Positions 38,702 to 48,357 of a stretch of DNA of 64,000 bases are shown piece after piece. The notes beneath the pieces were generated by a model. It did no database searches. It saw nothing but the letters and a program-made list of their open reading frames with translations, and had not been told where the DNA came from. The translations under genes and the position numbers were made by a program. Every line of letters begins with the position of its first letter. Position 1 is the stretch's first letter. The DNA is from an uncultured Chloroflexia bacterium (GTDB lineage Bacteria > Chloroflexota > Limnocylindria > Limnocylindrales > CSP1-4), in assembly GCA_963838285.1 (NCBI GenBank), contig CAWIQP010000005.1, forward strand, positions 2,075 through 66,074, read 5' to 3'.

Positions 38702-39958
38702 CTAGTGAGACCTGGCTTCGACAGCGACCGGCGACGACGCTGCCGACGAGGCGATGACGCGCATCGTCTCCCGCGCGATCATCCGCTCTTCGTTCGTCGG
38801 GATCAGCAGCACCCGCACGCGACTGGACGACGTCGCAAGGTCGACCGCCCGCCCTCGCTCGCTCGCGTTCTTCGTCTCGTCGAGCTCGACGCCGAGGAAC
38901 CCGAGGTCGCTGCAGGCGCGTTGTCGGACGACGGGGCTGTTCTCGCCGATGCCGGCCGTGAACACGATCGCGTCCAGGCCGCCCATTGCCGCCGCGTAGG
39001 CCCCGATGTACTTGCGGATGCGATAGCAGAACACCTCGAGGGCGAGCGTTGCCCTAAGGTGGCCCTTCGCAGCCGCCTCCTCGATGTCGCGCATGTCGCT
39101 CGAGAGGCCGGATATGCCCTGCAGGCCGCTCTCCTTGTTGATGATCCGATCGATGTCAGAAACGGACGCCTCGAGCCGGCGGGCCAGATACACCAGGATC
39201 GCGGGATCCAGGTCGCCCGAGCGCGTGCCCATGACCAGGCCTTCGGCCGGGGTGAGACCCATGCTCGTGTCGACGACCCGGCCGCCCCGGATGGCGGCGA
39301 TGCTGCAGCCGTTGCCGAGGTGACACGTCACGATCCGCGACGTATCCGCCGCGACGCCCTGCTTGGCGAGCATCTCCAGCGCGATCCCGGACACGTACTG
39401 GTGGGAGGTGCCGTGGAACCCGTAGCGTCGCACGCCGAAAGCGGTGTAGTAGTCGTACGGGAGCGCGTACATGTAGGCGAAGTCGGGGATGGTGGCGTGG
39501 AACGCCGTGTCGAAGACGGCCACCTGTGGAATGCCCGGCATCAGCCGCCGGCAGGCCCGAATGCCGTCCAGGTTGGGCGGGTTGTGGAGCGGCGCCAGCT
39601 GGCTGACCTTCTCGATCTCCGCCACCACGTCGTCGGTGATGAGCGTCGGCTGGACGAACTTCTCGCCCCCGTGGACCACGCGGTGCCCGACGGCCCCGAT
39701 CTCGTCCACGCGCTCCACGAGGCCCCTTTCCGGGTCGGTCAGAAGCGCGAACACGCGGCTCATCGCCTCGTCGTGGCAGTCCATCTCGGCGTCGAACGTG
39801 ACCTTGCCGTCGCGCTTCGTCTCCTGGACGATCCGGCCCTGTCGCTGAGCGACGCCGACGCACTCGGCGATCCCCTTCGCGACGACCTCCTCGGTCTCCG
39901 CGTCGATTAGCTGGTACTTGAGCGACGAGCTGCCGCTGTTGAGCACGAGGATCTTCAT
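38702..39958 (-). CDS. ackA: Acetate kinase
   Basis: LVLNSGSSSLK, GHRVVHGG, APLHN, RRYGFHGTSH, HLGNG, FTAGIGENS, PTNEE. Confidence 0.97.
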   Translation of the reverse strand: MKILVLNSGSSSLKYQLIDAETEEVVAKGIAECVGVAQRQGRIVQETKRDGKVTFDAEMDCHDEAMSRVFALLTDPERGLVERVDEIGAVGHRVVHGGEKFVQPTLITDDVVAEIEKVSQLAPLHNPPNLDGIRACRRLMPGIPQVAVFDTAFHATIPDFAYMYALPYDYYTAFGVRRYGFHGTSHQYVSGIALEMLAKQGVAADTSRIVTCHLGNGCSIAAIRGGRVVDTSMGLTPAEGLVMGTRSGDLDPAILVYLARRLEASVSDIDRIINKESGLQGISGLSSDMRDIEEAAAKGHLRATLALEVFCYRIRKYIGAYAAAMGGLDAIVFTAGIGENSPVVRQRACSDLGFLGVELDETKNASERGRAVDLATSSSRVRVLLIPTNEERMIARETMRVIASSAASSPVAVEARSH

Positions 39959-40054
39959 TCGGTCTTCTACCCGCCTGTCCTGGTACTGACCTTGACCGAT
40001 CCGGTGCGCGTCCCCAAGAGCCGTATCGCGGACCGGATCGCGTCCACGACGTCG

Positions 40055-41056
40055 CTAGTTCGATGCCTGCGCCGCCGTGATGGCAGCGACGTTCACGATG
40101 TCGAAAGCGTCGCACCCACGCGAGAGGTCGTTCACCGGGCTGCACAGGCCCTGGAGGACGGGGCCGAATGCCTTTGCCTTCGCGAGCCGCTCGGTGAGCT
40201 TGTACGCGATGTTCCCGGAGTTGAGATCCGGGAAGATGAGCACGTTCGCCTTTCCGGCCACCGGGCTGCAGGGCGCCTTCTTCTGGCCGATCCAGTCGAC
40301 CAGCGCGGCGTCTGCCTGGAGCTCGCCGTCGAGGGCGATGTCCGGGCGCCGCTCCTTCGCGATCCGCGTGGCCTCGACGACCTTGTCGACGAGCGGGTCC
40401 TTGGCGCTGCCCTTCGTCGAGAGCGAGAGCATCGCGACGCGCGGCTCGAACCCGAGGAGGTTCCGCATGGTGTTGGCGCTCTGGATCGCGATCTCGGCGA
40501 GCTGCTCGGCGTTGGGGTTGATGACCAGGCCGCAGTCGGCGTAGATGAAGGCTCCTTCCTCGCCGTACTCGCAATCCGGAACGATCATGAGGAAGAACGC
40601 GGAGACCAGGCCGCAGTCGGGAGCGGTGCCGAGGAGCTGGAGCGCCGGGCGAATTGTGTCGGCGGTGGAGTGGGTGGCTCCCGAGACCTGTCCGTCGGCC
40701 TCGCCTTCGTGCACCATCAGGCAGCCGTAGAACAGCGGATCGAGGACCAGCTGGGCCGCCTTTTCCTCCGTCATGCCCTTGTGGCGGCGGAGATCGAGCA
40801 GGGTGCTGGCGAACCGGTCGCGTTCGGGCGCGGTGGCGGGATCGACGATCCGGCAGCGGCTGATGTCCGCGCCGGCCTCCTTGGCGGCGGCTTCGATCTT
40901 CCAGAGCGGACTCACCAGGATGACTTCGGCCAGGCCCTCCCGGACGATCTGCTCGGCCGCGGTTACGGTCCGGACGTCGTCGGCCTCCGGCAGCACGACG
41001 GTCTTGTGCGCGGCGCGTGCGCGAGCGTAGACGGTTTCCATGACGTTGGACGTCAT
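40055..41056 (-). CDS. pta: Phosphate acetyltransferase (short form)
   Basis: VLPEADDVR, SGATHSTAD, LSLSTKGS, DGELQADAA, FPDLNSGNI.YK, VNDLSRG. Confidence 0.96.
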   Translation of the reverse strand: MTSNVMETVYARARAAHKTVVLPEADDVRTVTAAEQIVREGLAEVILVSPLWKIEAAAKEAGADISRCRIVDPATAPERDRFASTLLDLRRHKGMTEEKAAQLVLDPLFYGCLMVHEGEADGQVSGATHSTADTIRPALQLLGTAPDCGLVSAFFLMIVPDCEYGEEGAFIYADCGLVINPNAEQLAEIAIQSANTMRNLLGFEPRVAMLSLSTKGSAKDPLVDKVVEATRIAKERRPDIALDGELQADAALVDWIGQKKAPCSPVAGKANVLIFPDLNSGNIAYKLTERLAKAKAFGPVLQGLCSPVNDLSRGCDAFDIVNVAAITAAQASN

Positions 41057-41225
41057 CTTCAAGCCAGCTCCTGGTGCGTTGTGTCGGTTCGCGCTGTGGG
41101 CGCGGAGTCGGTCGACGCGGACCGCCGCCGACATGAGTCGGGGCGCTGCAGGGTTGTGCAGCAGTATTGACAGGAGCTTCCGCGATGCGGCTCCGCGACG
41201 AGTAGGGCCAATGGGCGCGCGATGC

Positions 41226-41376
41226 GGGCCGGAAGTCCCGTGCCGGATGGACGCAAGCACGTGCGAATCGCCCATGGACTAGGTCCCATGACCGGTTGTC
41301 GCCTGTCAACGCCCGGTCCGGCCGGTGTGCGCGGTCACCGTCCGAAGGGACCTGGGGTCATTGGGCCCATCGGCCG
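41226..41376. promoter_or_regulatory. Cluster of DosR-like palindromic boxes upstream of pta-ackA
   Basis: GGGCCGGAAGTCCC (41226), ATGGACTAGGTCCCAT (41274), GGGACCTGGGGTCA (41347), GGGCCCATCGGCCG (41363). Confidence 0.45.
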
Positions 41377-41550
41377 AGGCTTCCGGCGCGCCGGTCGAAA
41401 AGGTGCGGTCCGGGTGGTTTCGGGTGCCTTGCGAGTGGCCTAACAGCCACTCGGAGCCCGCGGCGGCATGAAATCGCCGCCTCGACGGTCCTGGGTGCCA
41501 TGACCGCCGTACCATTGCCCGCTCCCCCCTGCCGTCCCATCCTCCCCTAC

Positions 41551-43507
41551 ATGACGGGCGTTACTGTCCGGCGCTTCACCGGACTCCGTACCAGAATTGC
41601 CACGGCGTCGGGACTGGCTCTGCTTGTCCTGGTGCTCGCCGCGGCTTCCGCCGCGGGTGCCGTGACTGGCAGTCTCACCAATCCCTCCGTTTCGCCGAAC
41701 CCGGCGGTCGTCGGTGGCACAGTCACGTTCCAGGTGACCTACACGGACCCCGCGGGCGTAGCGCCGTACCGAGTCCGGGTCTACAGCGGCGACACGCGGC
41801 TGGTCACCTTCGCGCTGCCCGGGTCCGGCGACTGGGCCGGCGGCGTGACGCTCACGGCCACCACCTCGAGTCTGGCCGCCGGCTCGTATCCGATCGTCTT
41901 CCGTGCGTGGCAGGGAGATGCCAGCCATACCCAGCTTCCCGACCTCGCCGGTGGCACGCTGGTGGTCAACCCGGCTTCCAGCCCGAGCCCGAGTCACTCG
42001 GCCACCCCCAGCCCGACTCCGACCCACTCGCCCACGCCGACTCCGACTCCCACTCCGACTCCGACACCGACCGTGGAACCGACGCCGACGCCGGCTCCGG
42101 TCGCGACACCCGTCCCGACTCCGGCTCCGACCAGGGCCCCAACCCCCAAACCCACTCTCAAGCCCACGCCGAAGCCCACGCCTACGCCGGTGCCGGTGGC
42201 GGCCGCGACGACGGCACCGACGGCGGCCCCAGTCGTCACCGCAGCGCCGACCCACAACCCGACATCCGTCCCCACGTCGGGGAGCGGCAGTAGCTCGTCG
42301 CCGCGCGCCTCGCAGTCGACAAACGCGAACGGCCCGGTGGTGGCAGGAGGAGCGGGCTCCTCCGGCGGCGACCAGGCCGCGTCGACGCCCGGACCGGCCG
42401 GATCCCCCACCGGCGCGGGCCCGCTCTCCGATCCTTCGGTCAAGCACGGCGGCTCGGCCGCCTTCATAGGTCGCTTGACCAGCTACGTCGTCCCCGGCGT
42501 CTCCGGCGGAAGGGTGCCCGACAGCGTGCCGGCAGACCCGTTCGGCGGCCGGGACGAATCGCCCGCGGAGTTGTTCGTCGCGATGGCGCCGTCCGTAGCC
42601 ACCGGCGCCGCCGGAACCATGGCGTGGGCCGCTTTCGCGTTCTTCGGCAAGCGGCGCCGCGATGACGGCGACGAGCCGGAGGACCAGGCTCTCGCATGGG
42701 CGGCCGCGAGCAGCTACGAAGTCCAGGCCGCGCCGGGGCTCAGGGTGGTGGACGAGTCGATGCTGCCGCGCTGGCGCAGACCGTCGCTGCAACAGGTCCG
42801 CCGCAACGACCCGCTTCGCGCCGTCGCGGAAGAGCCGCGTCTTTCATTCGAGTCCGCCGGCGTTAGGCCGCTCGACAACTACGAACGCCGCCGCATCGGC
42901 TACCGGCTGGTTCGCCTCCTCGACTCGCCCGACGAGCTCCGGTCGCGGGAGATCGGCATCCTCGACAAGGGCGACGAGGTCCAGCTGCTGCAGAGCCATC
43001 AGGCGTTCTGGCTGGTCTTGTGCCCGGACGGCCGGCAGGGATGGGTTCATCGAATGACCCTGGCCGATCCTGCGAACGAGGCGCGGGGCGAGCCGGAGCC
43101 CGAACCGATGCCGCAGTACATGGACGACGACGACCCGCCCGAGGCCGTCGAATACCCGGTCGAGCCGGCCACCGACGGGCTGCTCGAGGCCTACATGAAG
43201 GCTCGCAGCGACATGCTGCGAACGATGGCCGCAGGCGGCGCCCGCCACGGCCGCTCCCGACGTGCCGAGCGCCCGCACGCCCCAGTCCGTCGCAGCCGAG
43301 GCGCCCGCCACGGCCGCCACGTCCACCGTTCCCGAGGTCGAGGTTCCCGTTACTTCGCCGCCGGCCGAGGAGACCGCTTCCGGCGGTGTTCCCGCCGCAG
43401 TACCAGCACGTGCTGGTGAGCGATATTCGGGACGAAAGAATGCGGGTACCCGTAAGGCCGCAAGCGCGTCCCGGCCTGGTACCAGATCACGTCGCCCTTC
43501 GCGGTGA
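41551..43507 (+). CDS. Exported protein: beta domain, PT-rich linker, TM, cytoplasmic SH3-like domain (probable frameshift near 43240)
   Basis: Signal peptide, (PT)n tract, AWAAFAFFGKRRR anchor, GDEVQLL...FWLVLCPDGRQGWVH; 3' end is 43419 or 43507. Confidence 0.75.
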
Positions 43508-44282
43508 AGCCGGCGCGGGTCGCCCGATCCGCGAGGTCCGAACCCGTGAAGATGTATCGCCCGTCCTGGTAGGCGTCCCGAACGATCACCGCCGCGTAGC
43601 GGTTCGGTCGCAGGACGCGCAGCAGCTCGGCAAACACGACCCCCATCCTGTCGAGGAAGGTGGCGTAGTCGGCACTGTTGGCCAGGTCGCCGGCATGCTC
43701 GGTGACCATGGCGTAGTCGGTCCGCCGGTTGGCGTGCTCCTCCGCCAGCTTGCCGCCCGACATCGTGATCGGCAGCTGGATGTTGTAGGGCGGGTCGGTG
43801 GCCACGAAGTCCACGCTGTCGGACTCGATCTCGGGCAGCAGGACCAGCGAGTCGCCCAGGCGCATCTCCAGCCCGGACGCGTCGAATCCACGCTCGCCGC
43901 CCGGATCTGATGGGCCGATGTCCGCCAGCAGCGGGCCGCGACCGTCGCGCTCGGTCGCCAGGTCGGCCACGAGCCGGCGGTAGATCTCGACCCAGCGCGG
44001 CTCGATCTCCAGGCCCAGGGCGCGTCTGGGGCCGCGAGCGACGGCCGCGCCGAGCAGCGTTCCGCCGACGCCCGCGAACGGATCGAGAACCAGTTCGCCC
44101 GTCACGGTGAAGAACTCGATCAGCCGCGCCATCAGCCTGGGCGGTTTGTTGGCGCCGTGCTGCTTCCGAATCGAGTGCCCGAGCTCGGACGGATAGGCCG
44201 TTCCCCACACGGACTTGGTGAAGTACAGCCACTCCTCGCCGGAGAGTTCGTTGAGTGTGTTGTCCGGGTGTCTGGGGCTCAC
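43350..44282 (-). CDS. Orphan N4/N6 DNA methyltransferase, permuted motif order
   Basis: HGANKP (motif X), VLDPFAGVGGT (I), then TDPPY (IV), LRVLRP; no REase nearby. Confidence 0.85.
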   Translation of the reverse strand: MSPRHPDNTLNELSGEEWLYFTKSVWGTAYPSELGHSIRKQHGANKPPRLMARLIEFFTVTGELVLDPFAGVGGTLLGAAVARGPRRALGLEIEPRWVEIYRRLVADLATERDGRGPLLADIGPSDPGGERGFDASGLEMRLGDSLVLLPEIESDSVDFVATDPPYNIQLPITMSGGKLAEEHANRRTDYAMVTEHAGDLANSADYATFLDRMGVVFAELLRVLRPNRYAAVIVRDAYQDGRYIFTGSDLADRATRAGFTAKGDVIWYQAGTRLRPYGYPHSFVPNIAHQHVLVLRREHRRKRSPRPAAK

Positions 44283-44533
44283 CCGTTGAGCTTAGCCGCG
44301 GCGATCTCCCGGCGACACCCGGGCGCGACGCCCCGGCGATCCCGGCACCACCCGGGCTCGTGGCGCCGACCCGGCACGGCGCGCCCGGCGAATCGCCGGC
44401 TCCCCGCTCTGACCGGCAGCCGGCACTGGTACGAAATGGCTGCCCGCTCCGGCGCGCCAGCGGGTTACCCTTTGTCCGATTGAGGGGCAACGAGGCGTCG
44501 CGCTGGGCGGCGCCGGCTCTGGGACCTCGACAC

Positions 44534-47500
44534 ATGATCACGACAAGCCACGACCGAAGCGGCCCCGACCGCAGCTTCGAAGGACACGCGCCGCGCCGGC
44601 CGCTCTGGAGCGACAGGTTCGTCGGGCGCGAGCGCGACCTCGAGCGCGTGGCCCTGGGGCTTCAGAGGGCCGTGGACGGCAGGCCCAACGCGCTCGTCCT
44701 GTCGGGGACGGCGGGCCTCGGTCTGAGCCGGCTCCTCGCCGAGACGCGGCGCCGGATCGGGGCGCTGGCGGAGCCGTTCGCGGCCGTGCACGGCGTGGCG
44801 CTGCCGGCCACGTCGGGCGTTCCCTACGCGCCCGTGGCCGCCGCCCTGGAGCATCTTCTCGCGCCGCTGCCCGACGAGACGTTCGCGGCCCTGATCGGAC
44901 CCACGGGCGACGCGATCGCGCGGCTGGTGCCGGGTCTCGCCCCGCGCCTCGAAGAGCTGGAGCTGCTGCCCGACAGGCCGCGGATCGCCGCCACCGAGTG
45001 GCGTGAGGCGCGCATGTTCGAGGCCGTCCTGGGGCTGCTGGAGCGGCTCGGCGAGCGCCAGCCCGTCGCCCTTCTGCTCGAAGACCTGCACCACGCCGAC
45101 GCCGCGACCCGCGGCCTGGTCACGTTCCTGGCTCGCGTGACGCGGGGTCAGCGGGTCATGCTCATCGCCACCTACCAGCCCGACCGGCTGCTGCGGTTCG
45201 ACCCGTTGCGGGCGACCCTGGCCACACTGGCCTCCTCGCCCTCGGTCACGAGCCACGAGCTGCCTCCGCTGGAGCGAGCCGAGCTCGCCCAGCTGATCGA
45301 GGCGATCGAAGGCGGTCGGCCGTCCTCGACGACCCTCCTTCTGGTCGCCGAACGCTCACGCGGCAACCCCCTGATCGCCGAGGAGCTGCTGGCCGCGCGG
45401 AGGGAGCTGCAGGGGGTGTCCCTGGCCGGCACGTTCGATCGGCTGGTCACCGCGCGCGCGGCGCTGCGCTCTCCGGAGTGCCGGCGCGTGCTGCGGCTCC
45501 TGTCGATGGCCGGGTCGATGGTCACGCTTCCGACGCTGCTGTCGATGGCGGCGGAGTTCGAGGCCAGATCTCCGGCCCGGCCGCCCCGCTCCGCCTCGGG
45601 AGCGCGCCATGGCGACGTCCTCGAATCGGACATCGCCGCGGGCGTCGCCGAGGCGCTGGAGCATCAGTTCCTCATCGAGTCGTTCGACGGGCCCCGTGGA
45701 GCGCGCCTCGAGCCCGCCAGCGACGAACGCTATCGCCGGCCGTCCCGCGACAGGCTGACCCGGCCCGAGGCCGGCCGCGAGGATGGCAGCGAGTTCGGTC
45801 GGGAAGGGCACGGCGGTCCGCAGCCGCGCGCCTCGGAAGCCGCCGGCCGCGCCTCCGGCGAACGGCTGATCGGTTTCCGACACGAACTGATCGCCGAGGC
45901 CATCGCCACCGACCTGCTGCCGGCGACGCGCCGCCGCTATCACGCGGCCCTGGCGGCGGCCCGGCGCGCGGAACCGGATCCGCAGCCCGCCGCCGCGTTG
46001 AAGCACTACCTGGCGGCTCACGAGCTGACGGAGGCGGAGACCGCGGCTCTCGACGCGGCAACCGCGGCCGAGGGTCTGGATGCCGGGGCCGACGCGCTGG
46101 CCCACTACGAGTGCGCGCTCAGCCTGTACGAGATCGTTCGTCCGGACGAGACCGTGGCACGTCTTTCGGATCTGTACCTCCGGGCCGCGGAAGCGGCCTT
46201 CGCCGCCGGCGACCCCGCCCGAGCGGCCGCCTATGCGGAGGCGGCGGCCGCCGCGCTCGACGATCCTCACGAGCGGCTCGCGCTCGGCCTGGTCATGGAT
46301 CAACTCGGTCGTTACCGGCGCGCGTCCGGAGACCACGAGGGATCGCTGACCGCATATCGCCGGGCCGTGGAACTCGTCCCGCCCGAACCGACGCCGGCCC
46401 GAGCGCGGGTGCTCGCTTCGCTCGCGCAGTTCCGCATGCTTGAGGGCGTCTTCTCCGAGGCGAAGCGATATGCGCAGGAGGCCGTCGAGGTGGCGGCCGC
46501 CGTCGGAGACGAGGCTCGCCGGGAGGCGCTCCACGCGACCTGCACCCTGGCCGTTGCCGACGCGTGGGGCGAAGATCCCGAGCCCGCCGTCTGGATGCTG
46601 CGCAAGACACGCGATCAGGCGGCGGAGTTCGGCAGCCTGGACGACCTCTTCCGCGTGTACGCGAACCTGACCACCGTTCTCGATCTGCTCGGCCGTCGCG
46701 ACGAAGGCATCGCCATCGCCTACGAAGGCATCGCCGAGGCCGAACGCGCCGGCCAGGCGACGGTCTACGGCAACTTCCTGCGGGCCAACGCCGCCGACTC
46801 GCTGTACTTCCTTGGCCGCTGGCCGGAGTGCCGCCGGCTCTGCCTGGACGCTCTGAGCTGGAACCCGGTGGGCATCTGGTTCCTCCCGCCGCTCCTTGCC
46901 CTGGCGACGCTCGAGGTGGCCATGGGCGCCGGCGAGACGGCCGGCCGTCTCCTGGGCCAGGTCCTGCTGGCCATCGAAACCGTCCAGGACCCGCAGTTCT
47001 CCGTGCCCGCTCAGCAGGCCGCGGCCGAGTACGCGCTCTGGCAGGAGGATCTGGTCGACGCCCACAAGGCCGCGGATCGCGGCTGGCTGCGTGTGAGCGA
47101 CACCGAGGACTGGCTGCTCATGGCCCGGATGGCGGCCACTTTCCTGGAGGTCGATGCCGCCGTCGCCCAGGATGCCCACCGGCGGCGGGACTTCGCCGCC
47201 CTGGCGGCGGCGCGGGAGCGGAGTCTCCCGGTCGTGCTCCGGGCCGAGGCCGTGGTTCGCGCCTGCGGCGTCTCGCCGAAGACGGGCTCGCGGCGGCAGG
47301 CCGATCTCGCCGTCAGGACGGCCCGCGCGTTCCGGGCCCGCGTCGAGGGCCGCGACGACCCGACGACATGGCAACAGCTCGCCCTGGACTGGGCCGATCT
47401 CGGCGACCCGTACCAGGCGGCGCGGGCGAACTGGCGCCAGGCGGAGGCGCTGCTCGATCAGGCCAGGGGCCGATCCACTCGAACCGTCGCCCGCGAGCCT

Positions 47501-48010
47501 CTTACGGCGGCGGCCGAGGCGGCGTTCAAGCTCGGAGCCATGCCGCTTCTGCGGGCCGTGGCCGAACTATCCCAGCGGGCGATGCTTCCGCTCCCCAGGC
47601 CGATAGAGGCGGCGCTCGAGGGCCGGATGGAACCGGCGGCGCCCCTGGCCAGACCTGCCGGACGTGGGGCCGCGCCGTTGCGGCCGGCGGCAGAGTTCGG
47701 GCTGTCGGAGGGCAGGGGGACCGGCAGGGCGGCCGCATCGGGTGCCCGGTCCGAGGTCCGCCTCGTGGCCGACTTCGTGTCCCCATCGAGTCAACCGCCT
47801 CAGCACGACTTCGGTCTGAGCAAGCGCGAGCTGGAAGTGCTGGGCCTCATCGCCGAGGGCCGCAGCAATCCCGAGATCGGCCGGCGCCTCTTCATCACGC
47901 GCAAGACCGTGGCCGTCCACGTCAGCAACATCCTGACGAAGATGGGGGTCTCCGGCCGCGTCGAGGCCGCGGCGGCGGCCATCCGTCTCGGCATGACCGA
48001 CCGCGAGTAG
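44534..48010 (+). CDS. Large AAA/STAND-TPR-LuxR transcriptional regulator
   Basis: FVGRERDL, degenerate P-loop GTAGLGLS, LLLEDLHHAD, GNPL, FRHELI, helical repeats, C-terminal LSKRELEVL...TVAVHVSNILTKMG. Confidence 0.92.
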   Translation: MITTSHDRSGPDRSFEGHAPRRPLWSDRFVGRERDLERVALGLQRAVDGRPNALVLSGTAGLGLSRLLAETRRRIGALAEPFAAVHGVALPATSGVPYAPVAAALEHLLAPLPDETFAALIGPTGDAIARLVPGLAPRLEELELLPDRPRIAATEWREARMFEAVLGLLERLGERQPVALLLEDLHHADAATRGLVTFLARVTRGQRVMLIATYQPDRLLRFDPLRATLATLASSPSVTSHELPPLERAELAQLIEAIEGGRPSSTTLLLVAERSRGNPLIAEELLAARRELQGVSLAGTFDRLVTARAALRSPECRRVLRLLSMAGSMVTLPTLLSMAAEFEARSPARPPRSASGARHGDVLESDIAAGVAEALEHQFLIESFDGPRGARLEPASDERYRRPSRDRLTRPEAGREDGSEFGREGHGGPQPRASEAAGRASGERLIGFRHELIAEAIATDLLPATRRRYHAALAAARRAEPDPQPAAALKHYLAAHELTEAETAALDAATAAEGLDAGADALAHYECALSLYEIVRPDETVARLSDLYLRAAEAAFAAGDPARAAAYAEAAAAALDDPHERLALGLVMDQLGRYRRASGDHEGSLTAYRRAVELVPPEPTPARARVLASLAQFRMLEGVFSEAKRYAQEAVEVAAAVGDEARREALHATCTLAVADAWGEDPEPAVWMLRKTRDQAAEFGSLDDLFRVYANLTTVLDLLGRRDEGIAIAYEGIAEAERAGQATVYGNFLRANAADSLYFLGRWPECRRLCLDALSWNPVGIWFLPPLLALATLEVAMGAGETAGRLLGQVLLAIETVQDPQFSVPAQQAAAEYALWQEDLVDAHKAADRGWLRVSDTEDWLLMARMAATFLEVDAAVAQDAHRRRDFAALAAARERSLPVVLRAEAVVRACGVSPKTGSRRQADLAVRTARAFRARVEGRDDPTTWQQLALDWADLGDPYQAARANWRQAEALLDQARGRSTRTVAREPLTAAAEAAFKLGAMPLLRAVAELSQRAMLPLPRPIEAALEGRMEPAAPLARPAGRGAAPLRPAAEFGLSEGRGTGRAAASGARSEVRLVADFVSPSSQPPQHDFGLSKRELEVLGLIAEGRSNPEIGRRLFITRKTVAVHVSNILTKMGVSGRVEAAAAAIRLGMTDRE

Positions 48011-48046
48011 GGCGAGCTCGATCCGGCGCGCGACGTTCCCCGGATA

Positions 48047-48080
48047 CGAAGAAACCCGGACCTGCGAGTCCGGGTTTCTA
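48047..48080. terminator. Terminator hairpin between convergent genes
   Basis: AGAAACCCGGAC-CTGCGA-GTCCGGGTTTCT. Confidence 0.8.
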
Positions 48081-48094
48081 TCGACGGGTCCGGT

Positions 48095-48163
48095 CTACCA
48101 GCGCTTGCCCAGGATGATCACGACAACCGCCAGGAGGATCGGAGCCAGGGCGTTGAGTACCAC
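48095..48163 (-). CDS. 22-aa hydrophobic small peptide MVLNALAPILLAVVVIILGKRW
   Basis: AAGGAG RBS 6 nt before GTG; own promoter upstream and terminator downstream; below the ORF-track size cutoff. Confidence 0.7.
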   Translation of the reverse strand: MVLNALAPILLAVVVIILGKRW

Positions 48164-48224
48164 TGTCGACTCCTTGCTCTCCACCACCCCGAATACCGGC
48201 GCGTAGCCCGCGTGCGGCGGTGCC

Positions 48225-48281
48225 AACGTAACCCGGGGCCGCAGCCACACTCAATCGCCCATGGGTACCGGGGGACCCCAT
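48225..48281 (-). promoter_or_regulatory. Promoter of the small peptide gene with upstream palindrome
   Basis: -35 TTGAGT (48254-48249), 18-bp spacer, -10 TACGTT (48230-48225); ATGGGTACCGGGGGACCCCAT at 48261-48281. Confidence 0.55.
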
Positions 48282-48357
48282 CACTTTTGGCGCCCGCCGC
48301 GCGCCGCCCGCAGCCAGCCGCCCGGTCGCCGTGGGCCCGGCCCGACGATCGCGGAGT

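Noticed and set aside
43350-44282. Restriction-modification or defence system
   Set aside because: No nuclease or other defence gene adjacent.
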